Assembly (NCBI GenBank): GCA_000993115.1
Contig: LBVN01000003.1
Coordinates: 1-43,633, forward strand
DNA length: 43,633 nt
From: Candidatus Woesebacteria bacterium GW2011_GWB1_38_8b
Lineage (GTDB): Bacteria > Patescibacteriota > Microgenomatia > UBA8517
Reading direction: 5' to 3'
The notes under the pieces: generated by a model
Seen by the model: only the letters and a program-made list of their open reading frames with translations
Database searches by the model: none
What the model was told of the DNA's origin: nothing
In this document: positions 36,841 to 43,633 of the stretch, piece after piece
How the letters are laid out: each line of letters begins with the position of its first letter
How positions within the stretch are numbered: the first letter of the stretch is position 1
Position numbers and translations under genes: made by a program

Positions 36841-37581
36841 ATGAAGAAATTTATAGCAATTTTAACAGGAGTAGTTTTAGTTTTTGCATTTGCATTGACT
36901 GCGAAAGCAGCATCAACTCTATTCGGTAGCGCCACAAACGAAGCGGGGGGTTGGGTACAAGCAGTTTCAGACACATCAGTTGCAGCAACACCTCTTGATG
37001 ATTACGGTGGAGTTTCTTTTGATGATGCAAACGGAACAACTTTCGCAAGTCTTACAGCATTGTCAACTGACTTTAATATTACCGACGATGACTGCGGAGG
37101 TGGATCTCCGAGGTTCTATATTAGGATGGACACGAATAACGATACAGTTTCTGACGGAAATATATTCGTTTATATGGGTCCAATACCAAGTTTTACAGGA
37201 TGTACGCCGAACACTTGGGTAAATACAGGTAATCTTGTAGGGTCAACTGATGCGCGATTTGACTTAACTCAATTGGGCGGACCGTTTTACGGCACCTATG
37301 CAAACGCGCTATCCCTTGTTGGCACAGGTACTATTCTTAGAATCGGTATCGTTGTAGATGGAAGTTGGGTAATGAGCGACCTGGAACAGACAGTATTATT
37401 CGATAATACTGTAGTAAATGGAACGAGTTATGACTTTACACCATTGCTAACTCCAACGAACAAGGATGAGTGTAAGAATGACGGATGGATGACATTTAAC
37501 AATCCTACATTCAAAAATCAGGGAGACTGTGTAAGTTACGTACAAAGTAACGAAAACGCAGTTGGGAATAAGACTAAATAG
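36841..37581 (+). CDS. Secreted beta-rich protein with C-terminal CKxxGW...FKNQGDCVS module
   Basis: SD ggaggtg preceded by hairpin gagatgctcc/ggagccatctc; signal peptide AKA|A. Confidence 0.8.
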   Translation: MKKFIAILTGVVLVFAFALTAKAASTLFGSATNEAGGWVQAVSDTSVAATPLDDYGGVSFDDANGTTFASLTALSTDFNITDDDCGGGSPRFYIRMDTNNDTVSDGNIFVYMGPIPSFTGCTPNTWVNTGNLVGSTDARFDLTQLGGPFYGTYANALSLVGTGTILRIGIVVDGSWVMSDLEQTVLFDNTVVNGTSYDFTPLLTPTNKDECKNDGWMTFNNPTFKNQGDCVSYVQSNENAVGNKTK

Positions 37582-37596
37582 GTCTTTACGCTTTAC

Positions 37597-37621
37597 AATC
37601 CAGCCGAGAAATCGACTGGAT
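37597..37621 (+). terminator. Hairpin after 36841-37581
   Basis: aatccagccga-gaaa-tcgactggatt. Confidence 0.5.
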
Positions 37622-37654
37622 TAATAAAGGGTGAAGCAGAGAAAAAGTTATTAA

Positions 37655-37924
37655 ATGTATTACGTTTACCTGCTCAAAAGTTTAAAAGATAAAAAATATT
37701 ACATAGGTCAAACAGAGGATGTTACTAAGCGGTTTGAATTACACAACAGCGGAAAAGTAACATCAACCAAATATCGTAGACCGCTAGTATTGATCGGATA
37801 CGAAACGTTTAATACAAGAAATGAAGCCAGGTGGCACGAATACAATATGAAACAACATAGTGATAAAAAATACAAATTTATTAGAAAGCTGGAGTCCTTG
37901 AAAATGAATACCGAAGTTGGGTAA
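37655..37924 (+). CDS. Small GIY-YIG nuclease (UPF0213-like)
   Basis: YYVYLLKS...YYIGQT.D...R...HNSG...TK..RP...E.F....EA...E. Confidence 0.92.
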   Translation: MYYVYLLKSLKDKKYYIGQTEDVTKRFELHNSGKVTSTKYRRPLVLIGYETFNTRNEARWHEYNMKQHSDKKYKFIRKLESLKMNTEVG

Positions 37925-38013
37925 GGCTCAAATATCTGATCCAAAAATTTTGAATCGGAGAGAGAGCCTCCAGCCCGGAGGGCTTCCGGCCCGGAGGGGA
38001 GGTGAATAAAAAT

Positions 38014-38856
38014 ATGAAAAGAATTTTATTAAGCATTTCAACAATCGCATTAGTTGCAGCTTTTGTAGCTCTCGGCACAAATGCATTTTTCAATGACACT
38101 GAGACTTCAACTGGAAATAAGTTGGAAGCAGGTTCAATTGATCTTAAAGTAGATAATCATAGTTATATTGATCAAGGACACGGACTCGTAGAAAATGCTG
38201 ACACAACTTGGAGAGCAAGCGACCTGAATAACGAGACTCTTTTCTTTAATTTTACGGATTTAAAACCCGGAGATCTTGGAGAAGATACAATCAGCTTACA
38301 TGTTGATAGTAATCCATCATGGTTGTGTGCCGATATATCTTTGACTGCTGATGACGATGTTTCTTGTACTGAACCTGAAAAAGCTGACGATCCTACTTGT
38401 ACGGATCCGGGAGCACCTGGAAATACGACTCTTTTTGATGGGGAATTAGCTCATGCATTAAACTTTATTTTCTGGAAAGATGATGGAGATAATGTACTGG
38501 AAGATAATGAAGTTAATGGGATTCTGACACAAGGTCCGGCAAGTGGAGTATTAAATGGCGCCCATTGGGCACTTTTTGATTCATCAACAGGTGGACCGAC
38601 AGATCCTACACAAGTTTACTTTATAGGCAAAGCTTGGTGTTTTGGAGCATTAACACTTAATGCCGTAACTCAAGACAATTTACCGGGTCAGCCTACAAAT
38701 GGCCCCGATGTTAGAGGAGCAGGTGTAAAGTGCGACGGAACTTTAGTAAATAACGCAGCCCAAACCGATTTGGTTACGGGTGATGTTATATTCCGAGCAG
38801 TGCAGGCAAGGCATAATGATCCTTTCTATTGTGATGGAAGGCAATTGCCTGTGTAA
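38014..38856 (+). CDS. TasA/CalY-like protein with SipW-type signal (candidate major fibre subunit)
   Basis: SD ggaggtg; GTNA|FFNDTETSTGNKLEAGSIDLKV; DLKPGD.GEDTISLHV; paralog of 34293. Confidence 0.88.
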   Translation: MKRILLSISTIALVAAFVALGTNAFFNDTETSTGNKLEAGSIDLKVDNHSYIDQGHGLVENADTTWRASDLNNETLFFNFTDLKPGDLGEDTISLHVDSNPSWLCADISLTADDDVSCTEPEKADDPTCTDPGAPGNTTLFDGELAHALNFIFWKDDGDNVLEDNEVNGILTQGPASGVLNGAHWALFDSSTGGPTDPTQVYFIGKAWCFGALTLNAVTQDNLPGQPTNGPDVRGAGVKCDGTLVNNAAQTDLVTGDVIFRAVQARHNDPFYCDGRQLPV

Positions 38857-38877
38857 CTTAATTTTTAAAACTTAAAA

Positions 38878-38991
38878 CCCCAGCCTTGGGTGGACTAATC
38901 TCTGCCCAAGTGCTAGGGGCGGAGAGTCCCAATAGATAGCTTACGCATCTAACGGGATCCTGTGAAGTGCGTTTAGCTACTTCACGGGGAT
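38878..38991. repeat. Cluster of three palindromes (REP-like)
   Basis: cttgggtgga/tctgcccaag; tccc..tagat/atcta..ggga; atcctgtgaagt/acttcacggggat. Confidence 0.7.
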
Positions 38992-39124
38992 TTGTTTGGT
39001 TTTTGTCCAGCACAAAAAATTTATAAATGTTGAATGTGAAGGGAGGTCAAGCCCTAGATTTGTTTAAAAATTGGTATTGCTCGTGCTAAAACAGCGCAAA
39101 CTTTCCTTAAAAAGGGAAATTAAT

Positions 39125-39421
39125 ATGAGCGGGTTAAACGTTGATCGTATAGAAAATGAAACATTAGTTACTGCGAGACTTGTTGTATCGGAATCTGACG
39201 GTGTAACAGGGATACGATTAGAAGATGCAGAGGTTTGTACTGGATGTAGGGTTCTTGGTATTGGCAACACTGCCTGTGTCCAAAAAGATGGACAGAGGCT
39301 CATTGTTGATAATCCGGAAGTTATTAAACCCGGTTTGGTAGTAGGGAAAGCACGCAGAGCAAGGACCACAATTGGGCAGTGTCCGATTAACCAATCGAGT
39401 GAAGTCGGCGCGTCAAATTAA
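39125..39421 (+). CDS. Small Cys-motif hypothetical protein
   Basis: SD aaggga; VDRI...CTGC-x9-CVQKDG. Confidence 0.55.
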   Translation: MSGLNVDRIENETLVTARLVVSESDGVTGIRLEDAEVCTGCRVLGIGNTACVQKDGQRLIVDNPEVIKPGLVVGKARRARTTIGQCPINQSSEVGASN

Positions 39422-39446
39422 AAAACTGACTTTAGAAAGGAAAAAT

Positions 39447-39641
39447 ATGGCTAACAAAGGAGTAGATAGGATATTAAAACAAATCGATGGGAATTCGGAA
39501 CCATTTATTAATTTGCCGCAAGCAAAATTAATGAAGTTTAACGGCGAAATAGTCAGGTTTCGTAGCGGGATAATGTGCGGCGGGTGTGTCGTGGGTAACG
39601 CTAACGGGCATGTTTGTTTTCAGCCTAACGGAGCGTTTTGA
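39447..39641 (+). CDS. Small Cys-motif hypothetical protein, paralog of 39125, possibly truncated
   Basis: SD agaaagg; VDRI...CGGC-x9-CFQPNG. Confidence 0.5.
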   Translation: MANKGVDRILKQIDGNSEPFINLPQAKLMKFNGEIVRFRSGIMCGGCVVGNANGHVCFQPNGAF

Positions 39642-39737
39642 ATTAGTTGATTGTCATGTATTGAAAGCTTATATGAGATTTAGAAGAACTGCTATTCTAC
39701 AAAGAGAGCAGATAATCTGATCTGATTAATTTTTTTA

Positions 39738-41096
39738 ATGAATAAGATAATTCGGAATTACAAGTGGGTAGTTTTCTTTTTAATTTCTTTTATTGCTTTT
39801 GAAGCCGGATTCGTTGCAACCTTAATTATTACGCCCCAAAAATTAACCGATACTTTTCAAAATCTGAAAATAGGGAAGGGGAGTCTGCCAAGAGTTTACA
39901 TCGTCCAATCGGGATCAATGGAACCGGCAATAAAAACCGGAAGTTTGGTATTTTCTATCCCGCAGAATAATTATAGGGTTGGGGAAGTGGTAACGTTTTC
40001 CCTCTCCCCTACCGGCAAAAATTTAGTAACCCACAGAATTAAAAGCATAAGCGGGGAAGAGGAGATAACAACAAAAGGAGATGCAAATGAGGATGCCGAC
40101 TCGCAGACTGTAAAATCGGGATCCATTGTCGGAAAAACAGCATTTACAGTTCCCTACCTCGGATATATCGCGAACTTCGCAAAAAATCCGAAAGGATTTA
40201 TCCTTTTAGTAATTGTTCCTGCAACAATAGTTATTTATGAGGAGATGAAGAATTTACGGAAAGAAATTGCAAAGTTCTTAGGAAAAGCGGGAAGTAAATT
40301 GTTTAAAAAGAAAAAGGGGAATATCCCTTCGACTTCGCTCAGGGTGGCCTACGGCCTAGATTATGCGTTCCCCTCTCCCCTGCCAAAAACGAAAAACGTT
40401 CCTGCTTACGCTATTGCAATCCCGGTTTTCGGAGTGCTTCTGGTTTTAATTGCTTTTTCGGCGAGTTATTTTTCCGACCGCGAAAAAAGCGAAAGTAATA
40501 TTCTCGGCGCGGCAGAGAGTTTTGGAACTCCTACCCCGACCTCAGCGACAAATGGAACCCCAACCCCGACACCGATTCCGACGGGTGGCGTAGTAGTTAA
40601 TGAAGTTTATTATCGAATAGCGAATGAGCATAAAATCGATAACAGTGAGGCAGGTTCTGAGTGGATTGAACTCTATAATTCTTCCGCTGTCCCAGTTGAT
40701 ATGACAGGTTGGTCTGTTACCGATAACACAAGCTGCGATGCTTTTCCCGCAACACCCTCTATAGCTCCTGGGGGGTTTGCGATTTTAACGACCCATACAG
40801 AAGCCGATTTTAGGGCTGTGTGGGGAAGTGTTCCGACAGGTGTAGTCTTTATTCAGAGTCCCACGGCGATTGGTAACGGATTGGCAAATAATGACGAGAT
40901 CATGTTAAAAAACGGCAGCTGTGCGGCAGGTACAATAATTGATCATATAAGCTGGGGCTCAAATGTCGTAGCGTTTAATCCATCAATACCACTGATTCCT
41001 ACAAGCGGTTCGTCGTCCGAACGAAATCCTGACGGGGTTGATACAAATACAAACGCAGATTTTACGACAAGCACTCCCCCAACACCGGGAATTTAA
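39738..41096 (+). CDS. sipW: SipW-type signal peptidase I fused to an internal SipW-type signal and a lamin-tail domain
   Basis: VQSGSMEPAI..G (Ser), VTHRI (His), TKGDANED.D, PYLGY; then TM-SAS|YFSDREKSESNILGA; VVVNEVY...EWIELYN...DMTGWSVTD. Confidence 0.85.
   Translation: MNKIIRNYKWVVFFLISFIAFEAGFVATLIITPQKLTDTFQNLKIGKGSLPRVYIVQSGSMEPAIKTGSLVFSIPQNNYRVGEVVTFSLSPTGKNLVTHRIKSISGEEEITTKGDANEDADSQTVKSGSIVGKTAFTVPYLGYIANFAKNPKGFILLVIVPATIVIYEEMKNLRKEIAKFLGKAGSKLFKKKKGNIPSTSLRVAYGLDYAFPSPLPKTKNVPAYAIAIPVFGVLLVLIAFSASYFSDREKSESNILGAAESFGTPTPTSATNGTPTPTPIPTGGVVVNEVYYRIANEHKIDNSEAGSEWIELYNSSAVPVDMTGWSVTDNTSCDAFPATPSIAPGGFAILTTHTEADFRAVWGSVPTGVVFIQSPTAIGNGLANNDEIMLKNGSCAAGTIIDHISWGSNVVAFNPSIPLIPTSGSSSERNPDGVDTNTNADFTTSTPPTPGI
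40323..40345. repeat. CTTCGACTTCGCTCAG-type palindromic element, in frame within the sipW CDS
   Basis: atcccttcgacttcgctcagggt, reads IPSTSLRV in the cytoplasmic linker. Confidence 0.6.
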
Positions 41097-41111
41097 AAAG
41101 GGGAGACTATT

Positions 41112-42248
41112 ATGATAAAAAACAAAAATAGAAAAATAGTTGCACTTTTTCTTTTGCCCTTTGTTTTGGTAGGGCTACTTTATGTAATCAACAAAAAGCG
41201 TGTTAATGAAATTTATGCAGTTGATCCGATTGTTGTAACTTACGACGGAAATACTACTCCCGATGCAATTTTTGAAGTTTATAACATGCTGCCGGGGGAC
41301 GAGGTTGAAAAAATATTTAACGTCAAAAATAGTTCGACAAGCTCACTATCTGTTGTTTTGGACGGTATAAAAACCAGTGAGCTGAAGAATTTCTCGGAAA
41401 TCCTGGACGTGCTAATTTCGGACGACTCCGCCACCACTTATTTTTCGGGAAAACTGAAAGACTTTTTCTCAAGCCCCCCAATAAATCTTGGAACCTTCTC
41501 CCCCGGTCAGGATAAAAATTTCCATGTAAAAGTTAAATTTCCAACTTCTGCCGGAAATGAGTATCAGGAAGGCGCAGTTGTGTTTGATTTAATATTCAAA
41601 ACAGAAGGACCACCGATTGAACTCCCAGAGGAATGTAAGCATTTGTCGGGGAAAATTGTAAATGTAATTGAGGGGACTGATAATTATGATAACATCCGTG
41701 GAACATCTAGAGGGGACTTGATTTTGGCTAAGGGAGGCAAGGACAAAGTTGACGGGACTTCGGGGGACGACTGCATTATCGGCGGAGAAGGAAACGATAA
41801 AAGACTGGATGGCGGGTCCGGACGCGACACGATAGTAGGAGGCAACGGAGACGACTTTTTGGACGGAGGGGCAGAGGATGATTTAATGTATGGTGGTGAG
41901 GGAAATGACAAAATGGAAGGCGGATCGGGAAACGATAAAATTTATGGTGGAAATGGAAACGATAAAATAAACGGATCTTCACAGGAAGATCTTATTTACG
42001 GCGAAGCCGGGAACGATTATCTTTACGGCGGAAGCGGGGATGATGAGGTATACGGCGGTATTGGCGAAGATACAATTGTAGGAGATTCCGGTGATGATAA
42101 GTTGTACGGTGAAGAAAATAATGACAAATTGTACGGAGATTCAGGAGATGATTATTTAGACGGTGGACCGGACTTCGATTATCTTCGCGGAAATACGGGT
42201 ACAGATACTTGTGTGTTAGGTGAGACACTAGTTTCCTGTGAGCTTTAA
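41112..42248 (+). CDS. TasA-like domain plus RTX-type Ca-binding repeats
   Basis: N-terminal TM; NMLPGD...FNVKN...FPTSAGNEYQ; many GGxGxDxUx nonapeptides. Confidence 0.85.
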   Translation: MIKNKNRKIVALFLLPFVLVGLLYVINKKRVNEIYAVDPIVVTYDGNTTPDAIFEVYNMLPGDEVEKIFNVKNSSTSSLSVVLDGIKTSELKNFSEILDVLISDDSATTYFSGKLKDFFSSPPINLGTFSPGQDKNFHVKVKFPTSAGNEYQEGAVVFDLIFKTEGPPIELPEECKHLSGKIVNVIEGTDNYDNIRGTSRGDLILAKGGKDKVDGTSGDDCIIGGEGNDKRLDGGSGRDTIVGGNGDDFLDGGAEDDLMYGGEGNDKMEGGSGNDKIYGGNGNDKINGSSQEDLIYGEAGNDYLYGGSGDDEVYGGIGEDTIVGDSGDDKLYGEENNDKLYGDSGDDYLDGGPDFDYLRGNTGTDTCVLGETLVSCEL

Positions 42249-42296
42249 TTTAACTTCATTGCTAATCCGCTGATTTTAGGAGTAACATGAATTATC

Positions 42297-42920
42297 ATGG
42301 CTACTGCCAATAGACTTTTTCAATTTGTTTTTGTGCTTTTTTTTGGGACAATCGTGCTTTTTATAATTTTGTATTTTCCGATAATAGGAGCCGAAATAAA
42401 ATATACTTTAGCCAGAAAAGATGATGTTACAGTTATCATGCGTGGAAATCCAATTGAAGGCTTGAGGCGCACAATTGTTGCAAACGATACCGATTTTGGG
42501 ATTATTATTCCAAAAATTGGGATAAACATGAGCGTTGTGGCTAATGTTAACCCATACGAATCGTACTATTACAAACCGGCGCTTAAAAAAGGAGTTGCAC
42601 ACTCGAAAGGGTCAGCGTTTCCGGGAAAGGGTGGTAATATAATTATTTTTTCACACGTACCGGGAGGACTTTTTGAAGTTCAGAAATATAATTTGGCATT
42701 TTATTTAATCAACCGTCTTGAAATAGGAGACCCGATTTTTATATATTTTGACGGCTTAAAATATCAATATAATGTTACGGGAAAAAATGTTGTGAGTGAT
42801 TTGGATGTAAAGTTTGAGGACTTAAGCGTCAGTCCGAAAACCGAGTTGTTAACGATAATGACACTTTGGCCTCCGGGAACATCACTTCGCCGTTATGTTA
42901 TCGACGCGAAAAAGGTCTGA
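42297..42920 (+). CDS. Sortase-family protein lacking the catalytic Cys
   Basis: IIIPKIG, GVAH..GS..PG..GN..IFSH, LTIMT-L-WPPGT..RR; Leu codon CTT at the Cys position. Confidence 0.85.
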   Translation: MATANRLFQFVFVLFFGTIVLFIILYFPIIGAEIKYTLARKDDVTVIMRGNPIEGLRRTIVANDTDFGIIIPKIGINMSVVANVNPYESYYYKPALKKGVAHSKGSAFPGKGGNIIIFSHVPGGLFEVQKYNLAFYLINRLEIGDPIFIYFDGLKYQYNVTGKNVVSDLDVKFEDLSVSPKTELLTIMTLWPPGTSLRRYVIDAKKV

Positions 42921-42977
42921 TGACTTAATTTAGCCTTTGATTAGCGCCTACCGAAACGTTACTATTAATATTGAAAT

Positions 42978-43633
42978 ATGTTTAAAGCATTTGATTTAGC
43001 AGTTCATTATTTTTATCCCGGGTCGTCCAATGACCATAAAGCAAAAGCTCTTCATGCGGATTCTATTTTTGCTATAGCATCTCTTCTTTTGGCATTCCAA
43101 CTTTTACTCCGTTCTTTCCCCGCAATCGGAATCAGAATTTTGGGATATGCCAGCAATATTCCACCTGAAAAAATAATCGAGCTGACAAATAAAAAGAGAG
43201 CCGATGCGGGTCTGCCTGCTTTAACCTATAACCCGACATTGGCGATTGCCGCAAAAGCAAAAGGTGAGAACATGTTGGCAAATGACTACTGGGCGCACAC
43301 CGCTCCTGACGGAACTGAGCCGTGGGCTTTTTTTGCAACAGCCGGCTATAAATATAAATACGCAGGGGAAAATTTAGCGCGCGATTTCTCAAATCCCGAA
43401 TCGGCGATTGAAGCTTGGATGGCGTCAAACTCACATAAGGAAAATATATTAAGTACCCGCTACAAAGAAATTGGAGTTGCGGTTGTTGAGGGCGATTTAG
43501 CGGGAAGTGATACTACTATTATAGTACAGCTTTTCGGCGCGCCGTCGGGTACGAGCGACCAGGTCCCTGTGGCTAAGGCGTTTACGCAGTCGACTCCAAC
43601 CCCGGCACCGACCAGACCTCCTGCTTTAGCTTT
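42978..43633 (+). CDS. CAP/SCP-domain secreted protein (runs off window)
   Basis: Not in the ORF track. Hand translation MFKAFD...ILGYAS...LTNKKR...L...YWAH...AGENLA...WMASNSHKENIL. Confidence 0.9.
   Translation, partial: MFKAFDLAVHYFYPGSSNDHKAKALHADSIFAIASLLLAFQLLLRSFPAIGIRILGYASNIPPEKIIELTNKKRADAGLPALTYNPTLAIAAKAKGENMLANDYWAHTAPDGTEPWAFFATAGYKYKYAGENLARDFSNPESAIEAWMASNSHKENILSTRYKEIGVAVVEGDLAGSDTTIIVQLFGAPSGTSDQVPVAKAFTQSTPTPAPTRPPALA

Noticed and set aside
41690-42210. Periodic GC-rich repeats as a possible CRISPR array
   Set aside because: They are 27-nt coding repeats for RTX GGxGxD nonapeptides; there are no constant repeats with unique spacers and no cas genes.
41112-42248. RTX toxin / type I secretion substrate
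   Set aside because: No toxin domain or T1SS genes; it has an N-terminal TM/signal and a TasA-like domain.
1-43633. Alternative genetic code (TGA or TAG recoding)
   Set aside because: RF2 is present, and many well-defined genes end in TGA or TAG at the expected length. The single in-frame TAG at 29137-29139 is better explained locally.

Overview
A 43.6-kb, AT-rich bacterial chromosomal segment. Gene content and style point to Patescibacteria/CPR, most like Microgenomates (inference): a membrane-anchored Clp ATPase, many Pro/Thr-linker secreted proteins and mostly leaderless genes. RF2 is present and TGA is used as stop, so the code is standard code 11. The left half is mostly housekeeping: partial kbl, Clp-like ATPase, a GT4-GH57-GH13-ROK alpha-glucan cluster, tgt, FKBP, prfB, ftsE-ftsX-M23 hydrolase, VanZ and galE. 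It also carries two orphan DNA-modification/repair-type genes. The right half is a cell-surface region with (i) a YezD-like small gene, a two-state attenuator-like RNA leader and three secreted Asn/Asp-rich repeat proteins; (ii) a sortase with an LAxTG substrate; (iii) a SipW/TasA-type fibre locus whose signal peptidase carries its own SipW-type signal and passenger domain; and (iv) a second sortase lacking its catalytic Cys. Mobile features include a REP-associated tyrosine transposase with six copies of a cognate palindrome (three inside coding sequence), a GIY-YIG nuclease, other palindromes, heptamer arrays and a disrupted nucleotidyltransferase-NUDIX islet. No rRNA, tRNA or CRISPR array was recognised. 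All family calls come from motif recognition by eye; no database searches or folding programs were run.
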